The notes under the pieces are model-generated. The model was given only the letters and a program-made list of their open reading frames with translations. It did not search any database and was not told where the DNA came from. Shown piece after piece: positions 48,847 through 60,108 of a stretch of DNA of 64,000 bases. Within the stretch, counting starts at the first letter, position 1; the number at the start of each line of letters is the position of its first letter. The stretch lies in contig CBDFGR010000003.1 of NCBI GenBank assembly GCA_965247115.1, positions 1,504,001 through 1,568,000 on the forward strand. Direction: 5' to 3'. This DNA is from Myxococcota bacterium. GTDB lineage: Bacteria > Myxococcota_A > UBA9160 > SZUA-336. The position numbers and the translations under genes were made by a program.

Positions 48847-48915
48847 GCTCGCGAGCTGCCCATGAACCGCGGGTCCGGTGTGATAGGCTGGCGCCCTAGC
48901 GACAGGAGAATCTCG

Positions 48916-50646
48916 ATGGCTGGACCGACGGACGACAAGATCATCCGCATCGACATGACGGATCAGAGCGTGACGATCGCTGACTTCCCGGAAGAGTGGA
49001 AGCTCCTGGGAGGCCGCGCGCTCTCGGCGAAGATCTTGCTCAACGAGTGCGACCCGAGCTGCGATCCACTGGGATCGGAGAACGTCCTGGTCTTCGCGCC
49101 GGGAGTCCTGTCGGGGACCGCTGCGCCAACGTCGGGACGCCTCTCGGTAGGTGCGAAGAGCCCGCTCACGGATGCGATCAAGGAGGCGAACGCGGGTGGC
49201 AATCCGGCCCAGCACCTGAACAAGCTCGGCTACCGCGCGATCATCGTGAAGGGCCAGCCGGCCGATCGCGAGCGACGCTACGGCGTCGAGGTGGACGGCG
49301 AGGGAGTGCGGTTCGTCCCGGCCGACGACCTCAAGGGCGTGTGGAACTACGCGGCGTGCGAGGACGTGCTGCATCCGCGCTACCCCAAGACGGCCTCCTT
49401 CATCACCTGTGGACCAGCCGGAGAGCGCATGCTCAAGGGCTCGTCCGTTGCCTGCACCGATCAGGACAACCGCTATCCGGCACGTCACGCGGCAAGAGGC
49501 GGGCTGGGCGCGGTGATGGGCAGCAAGTGCCTCAAGTTCATCGCGGTGGATCCGGGCCGGGCCAGGGTCCGCGCACCCGCCAACCGCAAGGAGTTCGGCG
49601 GGCTGGTGCGGGACTACACCAAGGCGTATCTGGGCGGCCCACTGATGTTCGCGGCGGGGACGGCATCTGTGGTTCCCGTTGCAAACACTCTCCACACCTT
49701 CCCGTACAAGAACCGCGTCGAGGGTCAGTCGCCCGATGTGCAGACGCTCGACGGTGCGCGGATCAACGAGAGCTTCGAGGAGCGCGGCGGCGCGATGCAC
49801 AACTGCTTGACAGGCTGCATCGTGCAGTGCTCGAACGTGGTGCACGACGCCGAGGGCAACTACAGGACCTCTGCACTCGAGTTCGAGACCCTGACCATGC
49901 TGGGCGCGAACTGTGCCGTGGCCAGCTGGGAGGATGTCGCCGCGCTCGACCGCCTGTGCGACGACGTTGGCCTCGACACGATCGAGACCGGTGCGGCCAT
50001 CGCGGTACTGATGGACGCCGGCGGCATGGAGTGGGGCGACGCCGAGGGGATGAAGAAGCTGATCGCGGACATCGCGGAGGCGAAGGAGATGGGCGCGATC
50101 GTCGGGAACGCCGCGGCTGCTGTTGGAGCGCACACGGGGCACCACCGCGTACCCGTGGTCCGCGGTCAGGCGATTCCCGCCTGGGATCCGCGTCCGATCA
50201 AGGCGACTGGCGTGACGTACGCATCGAGTCCGATGGGCGCCGACCACACGGCTGGCTTGATCGTGAATCCCGGCATGAAGCCGGAGGAGTTCGCGATCGC
50301 CTCGCAGGAGACCCAGATCGTGAACGCGGTCTGCGATTCCTCTGGCTTCTGCCAGTTCCTGCAGCCCACGCTCGACAACATCCGCGAGTTCTACACGCAC
50401 CTATACGGCGACGAGGTCACGCGTGAGCAGATCGCGGATCTGGGCTGGGAGACGCTCGCCGACGAGTGGGAGTTCAACAAGCGCGCGGGCTTCACCGCAG
50501 CAGACGACGTACTGCCCGCTTGCATGGCGGAGGACAAGATCGGCCCCGCCGGCGTCGTCTTCGATGTTCCCGCGGAGATCATCGCCGATGCGAAGATTCG
50601 CAAGGAGCCGCGCGAGAAACTCTTTACGGCCAGGGCGTCTGGCTGA
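48916..50646 (+). CDS. aor: Aldehyde:ferredoxin oxidoreductase family (tungstopterin) protein
   Basis: GAKSPLT..IKEANAGG, GPAGE, ARGGLGAVMGSK, CLTGCIVQC, EFET, CDDVGLDTIETG and DPR..KATG...GADHT. ATG 48916 after AGGAG. Confidence 0.88.
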   Translation: MAGPTDDKIIRIDMTDQSVTIADFPEEWKLLGGRALSAKILLNECDPSCDPLGSENVLVFAPGVLSGTAAPTSGRLSVGAKSPLTDAIKEANAGGNPAQHLNKLGYRAIIVKGQPADRERRYGVEVDGEGVRFVPADDLKGVWNYAACEDVLHPRYPKTASFITCGPAGERMLKGSSVACTDQDNRYPARHAARGGLGAVMGSKCLKFIAVDPGRARVRAPANRKEFGGLVRDYTKAYLGGPLMFAAGTASVVPVANTLHTFPYKNRVEGQSPDVQTLDGARINESFEERGGAMHNCLTGCIVQCSNVVHDAEGNYRTSALEFETLTMLGANCAVASWEDVAALDRLCDDVGLDTIETGAAIAVLMDAGGMEWGDAEGMKKLIADIAEAKEMGAIVGNAAAAVGAHTGHHRVPVVRGQAIPAWDPRPIKATGVTYASSPMGADHTAGLIVNPGMKPEEFAIASQETQIVNAVCDSSGFCQFLQPTLDNIREFYTHLYGDEVTREQIADLGWETLADEWEFNKRAGFTAADDVLPACMAEDKIGPAGVVFDVPAEIIADAKIRKEPREKLFTARASG

Positions 50647-50689
50647 GGGGTAGCCCGACGACGGCTGCTTGTCTCCGCAAGGAGTGCGG

Positions 50690-51928
50690 ATGCGCGACGT
50701 CCGGATGCGAGGGTTCGCCGAGCGCGCGGACGTCGAGGACGTGGACCGCCTTCTGCGCGAGCTGACCAGCGTCCTTCCCGCAGAGACCGTCCCCTTACTC
50801 GAGTGCGCGGGCCGCGTGCTGGCGGAGGACGTAGCCGCCGGCGTGAGCGTCCCCGGCTTCCGGCGCTCGGCCATGGACGGCTACGCGGTACAGGGCGAGA
50901 GCACCTTCGGGGCGTCCGACTACAACCCGCTCCGCCTAGAGGTTGTCGGCGAGGCCTATCCCGGACGTCCCTACGGGAAGCCGCTCGGCAAAGGGCGGGC
51001 CGTCCGTATCATGACCGGCTCGCGCCTCCCCGAAGGCGCAGATGCCGTGGTCATGGCCGAGGTATGTGAAGAGCGCGATGGGGCGGTCCATATCCGCGAA
51101 GCGGTCGCTCCAAAGAAGAACGTGGGGGCGATCGGCGAGGACATCCGTTCCGGCGATGTCGTGCTCCAGCGCGGTCGCCGTCTGCGTCCCCAGGACGCTG
51201 GCGTGCTCGCGTCGATCGGGTGCTCCGAGCTGCGCTGCATCAGGCGGCCGCAGATCCAGCTCGTGATCACGGGCGACGAGCTGCTGCCTGCGGGCAACAC
51301 CCCCGACGACTGCCGGATCGTGGACACGAACTCCGTCGTGCTCGGGGCCCTCGTCGCTCGCGACGGTGGCGTACTCCTGCCGTTTGAGCTCCTGCCGGAC
51401 CGACCGGAGGTCATCCGCGCCGCGCTCGAGAGTGAGGCGCCCGACGTGTTTCTCGTCTCGGGTGGGAGCTCGGTCGGTCAGGAAGATCACGCGCCCCGCC
51501 TGCTCGATGAGCTCGGCAGCCTCGACTTTCACGGCGTGACCATGCGCCCCTCGAGTCCTGCGGGCGGCGGTCGCATCGGCGACCGACTCGTCTTTCTCTT
51601 GCCCGGCAATCCGGTGAGCTGCCTTTGTGCCTACGAGTTTTTCGCAGGACCTTCGATTCGCGACCTCGGTGGGCGCTCGCGCGAGTGGCCACACCGCCGA
51701 GTCAGGCTCCCACTGGCTCGCAAGATCAGCTCGCAGGTCGGGCGCACCGATTACGTGCGCGTTGCGATTGATGACGGACGGGTCGTTCCGATTGCGACCG
51801 CGGGGGCCTCCATACTCTCCTCGACGGTGCGTGCTGCCGGCGCGGTGGTCGTTCCCCGCGCACTCGAAGGGATGCCCGAGGGTGCGGAGGTCGAGGTACT
51901 CCTGTACGACGAGGAGCCAGGTCCGTGA
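50690..51928 (+). CDS. moeA: Molybdopterin molybdotransferase MoeA (copy 1)
   Basis: GRVLAEDV, RSAMDGYAV, RIMTG..LPEGADAVVM.E, TGDEL, SGGSS and LPGNPVS motifs. Confidence 0.92.
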   Translation: MRDVRMRGFAERADVEDVDRLLRELTSVLPAETVPLLECAGRVLAEDVAAGVSVPGFRRSAMDGYAVQGESTFGASDYNPLRLEVVGEAYPGRPYGKPLGKGRAVRIMTGSRLPEGADAVVMAEVCEERDGAVHIREAVAPKKNVGAIGEDIRSGDVVLQRGRRLRPQDAGVLASIGCSELRCIRRPQIQLVITGDELLPAGNTPDDCRIVDTNSVVLGALVARDGGVLLPFELLPDRPEVIRAALESEAPDVFLVSGGSSVGQEDHAPRLLDELGSLDFHGVTMRPSSPAGGGRIGDRLVFLLPGNPVSCLCAYEFFAGPSIRDLGGRSREWPHRRVRLPLARKISSQVGRTDYVRVAIDDGRVVPIATAGASILSSTVRAAGAVVVPRALEGMPEGAEVEVLLYDEEPGP

Positions 51929-53826
51929 GGCAGGAGCAGTTCCTCGACGTTCTGGACCGCGACGAGGCAGAGCAGCGCTGGCATCGGGAGCTTTCACTCG
52001 GCGTCCTCGGGACGGAGGCGGTCGCGCTCGACGCAGCCCTCGGGCGGGTGTTGGCCGTGGACGTTCGGGCCGAGGTCGACGTGCCCTCCTTCGATCGCTC
52101 GAACATGGACGGGTATGCCGTTCGCGCCGTGGACACCTATGGCGCGACCGAGAGCGAGCCCGTTCGGCTCCGGCTCAACGCCGAGTCGATCCCGACCGGT
52201 GTCAGGCCGAAGCAGGAGGTGCGCGAGCGGACGGCCACGCCCATCGCCACGGGCGGGATGCTGCCACGCGGCGCGGACGCGGTGGTCCCGGTCGAGCTCA
52301 CGGATGTGGAGGAAGCAGAGCAGACCTTGATCGTTCGCGCGTCCCGCGTGCCCGGGGCGGCGCTCTCCTACGCCGGAACGGACATAGGCAGCGGCGAGAC
52401 CGTACTGTTTCGCGGCTCGCGACTCTCGTCACGCGAGACCGGAGTGCTGGCGGCGATCGGCGCGGCCTCGGTAGAGGTGGTGCGGCGACCGCGCGTGGCC
52501 GTGATCTCGACGGGAGACGAGATCATCGCCCCTGGCGGCGCCATGCGGCCGGGGCTTGTTTACGACTCGAACGGCCGCATCCTCTCCGATGCCGTGCGCG
52601 AGCTCGGGGGCGAGCCCGTCTTCTTCGGGTCCTTCCGAGACGACGTCCGGGCACTGCGAGCCGCCCTGGAGCGGGGGACGGCGGAGTGCGACGTCGTGCT
52701 GCTGTCGGGTGGCACCTCCAAGGGAGAGGGGGATCTGTGCTACCACGTCGTCTCCGAGCTCGATCCCGGAATCATCGTGCACGGGGTCGCGCTCAAGCCC
52801 GGCAAGCCGATCTGCCTCGCAGCCCAGCGGGGCAGCCCCATCGTCATCCTGCCGGGCTTCCCCACCTCGGCGATCTTCACCTTTCACGAATTCGTCGCTC
52901 CGGTAATTCGTGCGCTTGCAGGTCTGCCCGCCGAGCGCAGGGAGACGCGTCGCGTGCGTCTCGCCGCTCCCGTCAACAGCGAGCGCGGCCGTCTTGAATA
53001 CCTGCTGGTGGGCCTGGTCCGCTCGCCCGCTGCGGGACTCTCCGCGTATCCGATGGGGAAGGGCAGTGGCAGCGTCACGTCCTTCAGTCGCGCAGATGGG
53101 TTCGTGCGGATCGCGCGCACGACGGAGATCGTGGAGGCGGGGGCAGAGGTCGAGGTCACGCTCCTGGGCGAGTCGATCGAGCCGGCGGACCTCGTCGTGA
53201 TCGGAAGTCACTGCATCGGGCTCGACCTGATCGCGGCTCGGCTTGGCCGCGAAGGACTCTCGCTAAAGGTGCTCGCGGTCGGCAGCCAGGCCGGACTCCA
53301 GGCCGCGAGTCGTGGCGAGTGCGATGTAGCCCCCATCCACCTGCTGGACCCGGAGACGGGCGAATACAACACACCCTTCCTCGATTCGGGGCTCGAGCTT
53401 GTCCCCGGCTACACGCGCATGCAGGGCGTGGTCACCCGGCCAGAGGAATCCCGCTCCATCGAGGATCTGCTCTCCGACACCTCGTTGCGGATGGTCAACC
53501 GCAATCGCGGCAGCGGCACACGCATCCTGATCGACCAGCTTCTTGGCGAGCGCCGCCCGGAGGGCTACGCCTACGAGCCACGCTCCCACTATGCGGTCGC
53601 CGCCGCGGTCACACAAGAACGCGCGGACTGGGGCGTCACGATCGAATCCGTCGCCCGCGACGCGGCCCTACGCTTCCGCAAGCTGCGCGAGGAGCACTAC
53701 GACTTCGCAGTACCCAGCGCCCGCTCGGAGCGCCCCGAGGTCCAACTCTTCCGCCGCCTACTCGAATCCGACCCAGAGCTACGCCAACAACTCGCAGCGA
53801 AAGGCTTCGGCGAGCGAGCCCCCTGA
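51925..53826 (+). CDS. moeA: MoeA fused to a C-terminal periplasmic-binding-protein-like (PBP) domain (copy 2)
   Basis: RSNMDGYAV, STGDEI, SGGTSKG, KPGKP and LPGFPTSA, then the PBP domain IGSHCIGLD, GSQAGL, VNRNRGSGTRILID. Confidence 0.9.
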   Translation: MRQEQFLDVLDRDEAEQRWHRELSLGVLGTEAVALDAALGRVLAVDVRAEVDVPSFDRSNMDGYAVRAVDTYGATESEPVRLRLNAESIPTGVRPKQEVRERTATPIATGGMLPRGADAVVPVELTDVEEAEQTLIVRASRVPGAALSYAGTDIGSGETVLFRGSRLSSRETGVLAAIGAASVEVVRRPRVAVISTGDEIIAPGGAMRPGLVYDSNGRILSDAVRELGGEPVFFGSFRDDVRALRAALERGTAECDVVLLSGGTSKGEGDLCYHVVSELDPGIIVHGVALKPGKPICLAAQRGSPIVILPGFPTSAIFTFHEFVAPVIRALAGLPAERRETRRVRLAAPVNSERGRLEYLLVGLVRSPAAGLSAYPMGKGSGSVTSFSRADGFVRIARTTEIVEAGAEVEVTLLGESIEPADLVVIGSHCIGLDLIAARLGREGLSLKVLAVGSQAGLQAASRGECDVAPIHLLDPETGEYNTPFLDSGLELVPGYTRMQGVVTRPEESRSIEDLLSDTSLRMVNRNRGSGTRILIDQLLGERRPEGYAYEPRSHYAVAAAVTQERADWGVTIESVARDAALRFRKLREEHYDFAVPSARSERPEVQLFRRLLESDPELRQQLAAKGFGERAP

Positions 53827-53900
53827 ACACGCAAGGAGCGGAGCGGAGTCCTCCGGGGGACGTTCCCGGCCTCCGCCGGCGTTAGCTCAGAACGCGAACC

Positions 53901-54212
53901 CTAGAACCCGAGGTCCAGCTTCGCGGCCTCCGACATCATGCTGGGTTCCCAGGGTGGTTCCCAGGTGAGGTCGACGTGGGCGTGGGCCACGCCCGGGACT
54001 CCCGAGACCTTCTGCTCGACCTCCGGGGGCAGGCTCTCCGCCACCGGGCACATGGGAGAGGTCAAGGTCATCGTGACCTTTGCGAAGTTCTCGTCGCTCA
54101 CCTCGACATCGTAGATCAGCCCCAGCTCGTAGATGTCGACCGGAATTTCCGGGTCGTAACAAGTTTTGAGGGCTTCGATGATCTTCTCTTTGAGCTCTTC
54201 AGGCGACGACAT
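53901..54212 (-). CDS. sufT: SUF system Fe-S assembly protein (DUF59/SufT)
   Basis: YDPEIPVDIYELGLIY, MTLTSPMCPVA and WEPPW..MMSEAAKL motifs. Confidence 0.9.
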   Translation of the reverse strand: MSSPEELKEKIIEALKTCYDPEIPVDIYELGLIYDVEVSDENFAKVTMTLTSPMCPVAESLPPEVEQKVSGVPGVAHAHVDLTWEPPWEPSMMSEAAKLDLGF

Positions 54213-54230
54213 GTTCTCTCCATGAACGCG

Positions 54231-54683
54231 TCACTCGGTAGTGACGTCTTCCTGATTGCCACGGATTGCGGCCTGCAACGTATGCCAGGCGAGACTCGCG
54301 CACTTCACGCGGATGGGGAACTCGCGTACCCCCGCCAGCACCGCGAGCTTCCCGAGCTCGGCCAGGTCGACTTCCTCGTCCGCGGCGCTGGTCACGACTT
54401 TGTGGAACTTCTCGAAGAGTGACTGCGCTTCGGTCGTGGTCTTGCCCTCGATCACCTGGGTCATCAGCGATGCGGAGGCCGTCGATATCGAGCAGCCGGA
54501 TCCCTCGAAGCGCAGCTTGTTCACGCGGTCGTCGTCGATCTCGAGCGTCAGCGCGAGATGATCGCCGCACAGGGGGTTGTGGCCCTCCGCCTTGTGGCTC
54601 GGCTGCTCCAGTCGGCCGAAGTTCCGAGGGTTCTTCGTGTGATCGAGGATGACCTGCTGGTAGAGCTCGCGAAGATCTGCCAT
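54231..54683 (-). CDS. sufU: SUF system NifU-like protein
   Basis: LYQQVILDH..NPRN, NPLCGD, GSGCSISTASAS and RVKCASLAWH. Start re-called at ATG 54683. Confidence 0.93.
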   Translation of the reverse strand: MADLRELYQQVILDHTKNPRNFGRLEQPSHKAEGHNPLCGDHLALTLEIDDDRVNKLRFEGSGCSISTASASLMTQVIEGKTTTEAQSLFEKFHKVVTSAADEEVDLAELGKLAVLAGVREFPIRVKCASLAWHTLQAAIRGNQEDVTTE

Positions 54684-55906
54684 CAGGCAAAGATCTCCAG
54701 CACGCGCTTCAACCCGCTTACGAGCCCATCGATCTCTGCCCGCGTGTTGTACGCTGCGAACGAGACCCGAGTCGTGGCTGGGACGCCGTAGTGCTGCATG
54801 AGGGGCTGCGCACAGTGGTGCCCGGCCCGCACGGCGATGCCCTCCTGGTCCAGGATCGTACCGACGTCGTGGGCGTGCACGTCGCCGATGTTGAAGGAGA
54901 GCACCCCGACGCGCTCTCGCGCATGGCCGACGATGCGGACCTGCGGAAGCTCCGCGATGGCTTCGGTGGCCAGCTCGAGCAGCTCCGCTTCGTGCGCGCC
55001 CAGCGCCTCGATGTCGAGCTGCGTGAGCCAGTCGATCGCGACACCGAGCACGATGGCACCGGAGATGTCGGGCGTCCCCGCTTCGAACATGGCCGGCACC
55101 CGGTTGTAGGTCGTCTTCTCGAAGCTGACCGTCCGGATCATCGACCCGCCCGTCTCGTAGGGCGGCATGTCCTCCAAGAGATCCATGCGTCCCCAGAGTG
55201 CGCCCGCGCCAGTCGGGCCGTACATCTTGTGCCCGGAGAAGGCGTAGAAGTCGCAGCCGAGCTCCGTCACGTCGACGGGCACGTGGGGCACCGCCTGTGC
55301 GCCGTCGACAACAACCACCGCACCATGTTCGTGCGCGAGCTGCACGAGCTCTGCCACCGGGTTCAGCGTGCCGATCGCGTTCGACACGTGGGCCAGCGCC
55401 ACGAGGCGGGTCCGGGAGGTGAGGCGTTTCTCGTACTCCTCTACGATCAGCTCTCCCGCGTCGTTCATCGGTGCTACGACGAGGCGCGCCCCCGTCTGCT
55501 CGCAGACCACCTGCCACGGGATGATGTTCGAGTGGTGCTCCATCTCGCTGACGAGGATCTCGTCACCCGGACCGAACTTTGGACGCGCGTATGCCTGCGC
55601 GACCAGGTTGATGGCCTCGGTGGTGCCGCGCACGAAGATGACCTCGTGCTCGGAGGGCGCCTTCAAGAAGTCGCGAACCTTGGCGCGGGCGGCCTCGTAG
55701 GCGGCCGTCGCCTCCTCGGAGAGCGTGTGGACGCCTCGGTGGATGTTCGAGTGGTAACGGCTGTAGTAGTCCGTGATGGCATCGATCACTGCGCGCGGTT
55801 TCTGACTCGAGGCCGCGTTGTCCAGGTAGACCAGCGGCTTCCCGTGGACCTTCCGCTCGAGGATCGGGAACTCGGCTCGCACCTTCTCCACGTCGAAGGA
55901 GCCCAC
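54683..55906 (-). CDS. sufS: Cysteine desulfurase
   Basis: LVYLDNAASSQKP, MEHHSN, DGAQ, FSGHKMYGPTG and RAGHHCAQP. GTG start at 55906. Confidence 0.95.
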   Translation of the reverse strand: MGSFDVEKVRAEFPILERKVHGKPLVYLDNAASSQKPRAVIDAITDYYSRYHSNIHRGVHTLSEEATAAYEAARAKVRDFLKAPSEHEVIFVRGTTEAINLVAQAYARPKFGPGDEILVSEMEHHSNIIPWQVVCEQTGARLVVAPMNDAGELIVEEYEKRLTSRTRLVALAHVSNAIGTLNPVAELVQLAHEHGAVVVVDGAQAVPHVPVDVTELGCDFYAFSGHKMYGPTGAGALWGRMDLLEDMPPYETGGSMIRTVSFEKTTYNRVPAMFEAGTPDISGAIVLGVAIDWLTQLDIEALGAHEAELLELATEAIAELPQVRIVGHARERVGVLSFNIGDVHAHDVGTILDQEGIAVRAGHHCAQPLMQHYGVPATTRVSFAAYNTRAEIDGLVSGLKRVLEIFA

Positions 55907-57207
55907 TAGACCGCCTCTCCCCCCACCCAGCCGTGCAGGTACTCGTCGAGGCGTGCGCGGAGCTCCGCCAGGGGCAGCTGTGAGATCACCTCGCCCGCGA
56001 ACGCCAGCGTGAGCAGCGCGCGGGCCTCCTCGAAGCCGATGCCGCGGGTCTGCAGGTAGAAGAGCTGGTCGCGGTCGAGCTGACCGACGCTGGCGCCGTG
56101 GCTGCACTTGACGTCGTCGGCCCAGATCTCGAGCTGGGGCTTGGTGTTGATCTCCGCCTGGCTCGAGAGCAACAGAGTGCGGTTCGTCTGGTTGGCATCG
56201 ATCTTCTGCGCGTCGGGACGCACGTGGATCCGACCGTGGAACACGCCTCGGGCCCGGTCGTTCAGGATTCCCTTGTACAGCTCCCGGCTCGTCGTGCGCG
56301 GTGTGGCGTGATCGATCGTGGTGTGGTGATCCACGTGCTGTCGGCCGCGTGCGAGGTACGCGCCGAGCAGGTCACTGTGTGCGCCCTCGCCTTCGAGCAG
56401 GCAGTGGATATCCACCCTCGAGAGCCGCGCGCCGGTCGCGATCGAGAAGGAACGTAGCTCGCTGCCCCGCTCCTGGCGCACGGCGACCTGCCCGATGTGA
56501 AACGACGCCGCTGCCTGCTCCTGGAGCAAGATGTGTTCGACGCGCGCATCGCGCCCGAGCATGATCTCCGTAACGGCGTTCGTCAGGCCGCCACCGGGCC
56601 CCGCGCCGAGGTAGTGCTCCAGAACGCTGACGCGGCCGCCGTCTTCGACGCGGATCACGTTCCGAGGATGCACGGCGCGTGGCGAGCCCTCGGGCTCCAC
56701 GAAGACCAGCTGGATCGGCTTCTCGAGGCTCCGCCCCGCTTCGATGACAATGCTGGCTCCATCCGCGAAGAGCGCACTGTTCAACGCCGTGAGCGAGCGG
56801 GACTTCTGCTCCGCGCAGCTACCGAGCCCGGCTGCCAGCCGCTCCGGCTCGAAAGCGAGGGCCGCCGCCAGCGACGAGACATGGACCCCCTCGGGGAGCT
56901 CGCCCGGCGTGGATGCCTCCGGCGAAAACACCCCTCCGTGAAAGACCAGTCGCTCCGCATCCGCCGAGAGGCCCAGGTCCTCGGGCACGGGAGCGGCTAG
57001 CTGCGGCGAGCCAGGCAGGGACGAGAGCTCGGTCTGTGCGAGCCCGCGTAGGTCCGTGAAGCGCCAGTTCTCGTCGCTCGTCGTCGGAAGGCCGCGCTCC
57101 CGGAACAGATCGCGCCCCTCGCGGCGCAGCTCCTGCAGCCACCCGAGCTCCTGCCCCGGTAGCTCCGGGTCGACGGCCGCCAGCAGCGTGTTCGCGAGCT
57201 CCTTCAC
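55906..57207 (-). CDS. sufD: Fe-S cluster assembly protein SufD
   Basis: LPT..ENWRFT, AQKIDANQTN, TKPQLEIWADDVKCSHGA and LFYLQTRGI motifs. Confidence 0.93.
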   Translation of the reverse strand: MKELANTLLAAVDPELPGQELGWLQELRREGRDLFRERGLPTTSDENWRFTDLRGLAQTELSSLPGSPQLAAPVPEDLGLSADAERLVFHGGVFSPEASTPGELPEGVHVSSLAAALAFEPERLAAGLGSCAEQKSRSLTALNSALFADGASIVIEAGRSLEKPIQLVFVEPEGSPRAVHPRNVIRVEDGGRVSVLEHYLGAGPGGGLTNAVTEIMLGRDARVEHILLQEQAAASFHIGQVAVRQERGSELRSFSIATGARLSRVDIHCLLEGEGAHSDLLGAYLARGRQHVDHHTTIDHATPRTTSRELYKGILNDRARGVFHGRIHVRPDAQKIDANQTNRTLLLSSQAEINTKPQLEIWADDVKCSHGASVGQLDRDQLFYLQTRGIGFEEARALLTLAFAGEVISQLPLAELRARLDEYLHGWVGGEAV

Positions 57208-57971
57208 TCGCCGGCCCCGGCACCTGCGAGCTCCTGCTCGATCCAGCCGTAGCCATGCTCCTCGAGCTGGAGCGCGAGGGAGCGGTCTCCCGATCGGACG
57301 ATGCGTCCGTCCATCAGGACGTGCGTGAAGTCAGGCACAAGGTACTCGAGCAGGCGCTGGTAGTGCGTGATTGCGAGCACGGATCGGGTCTCGGAGCGCA
57401 GCGCGTTCACGCCGTCCGCCACGATGCGCAGCGCGTCGATGTCGAGGCCGGAGTCCGTCTCGTCGAGCACCGCCATATCGGGCTCCAGGATCGCCATCTG
57501 CAGGATCTCGTTTCGCTTCTTCTCCCCGCCGGAGAAGCCCTCGTTCACCGAGCGGTTGAGGAGCTCCTGGTCCATCTGGAGGAGCCCGACCTTCTCGCGA
57601 ACGAGCGCGAGAAAGTCGATCGCGTCGAGCAGCTCCTCTCCCCGGTGCTGACGGATCGCGTTCAACGAGGCCTTCATGAAGTAGGAATTGCTGACGCCGG
57701 GGATCTCGACGGGGTACTGAAAGGCGATGAACAGGCCCTCGCGCGCCCGCTCCTCTGGAGAGAGCTCCGCAATGTTCTTTCCCCGATAGAGAATCTCACC
57801 CTTGGTCACGACGTACTCTTCGCGTCCCGCGAGGACGTACGCGAGCGTGCTCTTGCCAGAGCCGTTCGGGCCCATGACGGCATGCACCTCGCCGGCCCGG
57901 ACATGCAGGTCGATCCCTCTCAGGATCTCGTTGCCTCCGACGGAGGCGTGCAGATTTCGGATCTCGAGCAA
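57204..57971 (-). CDS. sufC: Fe-S cluster assembly ATPase SufC
   Basis: MGPNGSGKSTL, FQYPVEIPGV, NEGFSGGEKKRNE, LDETDSGLDIDAL and ITHYQRLL. TTG start after GGAGG. Confidence 0.95.
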   Translation of the reverse strand: MLEIRNLHASVGGNEILRGIDLHVRAGEVHAVMGPNGSGKSTLAYVLAGREEYVVTKGEILYRGKNIAELSPEERAREGLFIAFQYPVEIPGVSNSYFMKASLNAIRQHRGEELLDAIDFLALVREKVGLLQMDQELLNRSVNEGFSGGEKKRNEILQMAILEPDMAVLDETDSGLDIDALRIVADGVNALRSETRSVLAITHYQRLLEYLVPDFTHVLMDGRIVRSGDRSLALQLEEHGYGWIEQELAGAGAGE

Positions 57972-57988
57972 CTCGCGTTCCTCCGGAG

Positions 57989-59437
<1,449 letters not shown>

Positions 59438-59468
59438 CTCGGTTCTCGCAGTGTCCGCAGTGGGTCTG

Positions 59469-59948
59469 TCAGCTCGGCACCGATGCCGATGTTGCCGGCG
59501 GCTCCGCGCCCTTCAGCCAGACGACCATGGAGTGCTCGTCCCGCCGCAGATCGGCCAGCGTCACGTTCTCGAGCACGCCGCGCACACTGCTCTCGACCAC
59601 GCTCCAGAGGCCGCGGATGGAGCAGCCGGTGCTGTGCACACAGCTCCGCAGCTGCCCGGGGTGCGCGTCGCAGAACTCGACCGGGAAAAAGGAGCCGCCG
59701 AGGGCCTTGATGACCTGCCAGGCGTTGATCTCCCCCGGGGACTTCGCGAGCTGATAGCCGCCGCTGGCCCCACGCGTGCTCGTCACGAGCCCGGCCCGGC
59801 GCAGCGCGCGCATCAGCTTAGCGCTGTACTCCGGGCTCAGGCCCTCGCGTGCCGCGATCGTGGGAATCGTGAGGGGCTCGCCGGCCGGGTGCTGCGCGAC
59901 CTGGAGGAGACAGCGAAAGCCGTATTCTTCCTGTGCGGTGAGATGCAT
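59469..59948 (-). CDS. Rrf2 family transcriptional regulator (suf operon regulator)
   Basis: [26 protein letters not shown] and three Cys (FC...SCVH..GC). Confidence 0.9.
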   Translation of the reverse strand: MHLTAQEEYGFRCLLQVAQHPAGEPLTIPTIAAREGLSPEYSAKLMRALRRAGLVTSTRGASGGYQLAKSPGEINAWQVIKALGGSFFPVEFCDAHPGQLRSCVHSTGCSIRGLWSVVESSVRGVLENVTLADLRRDEHSMVVWLKGAEPPATSASVPS

Positions 59949-59955
59949 GGCGCCG

Positions 59956-59983
59956 ATCCTAGTAAACTGTACGAACTAGTCAA
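59956..59983 (-). promoter_or_regulatory. Sigma70-type promoter of the Rrf2-suf operon (TTGACT-16nt-TAGGAT) with overlapping CTAGT..ACTAG dyad
   Basis: Minus strand reads TTGACTAGTTCGTACAGTTTACTAGGATcggcgccATG. Confidence 0.6.
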
Positions 59984-60108
59984 GATTGCTTCTTCGAGAG
60001 GCAGCAGCACACTGTCAAGCGACTGATTTTGTTGGGCAATTGCGCCGTCGGTAGGGGGCCTGACCGAGGCTCTCGCGAGGATCAGCCCGGAGTGTATAGT
60101 CGCGGCCC

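Noticed and set aside
53827..53900. tRNA or ncRNA between moeA2 and sufT
   Set aside because: Only an imperfect GC hairpin; no cloverleaf or T-loop consensus. At most a terminator.
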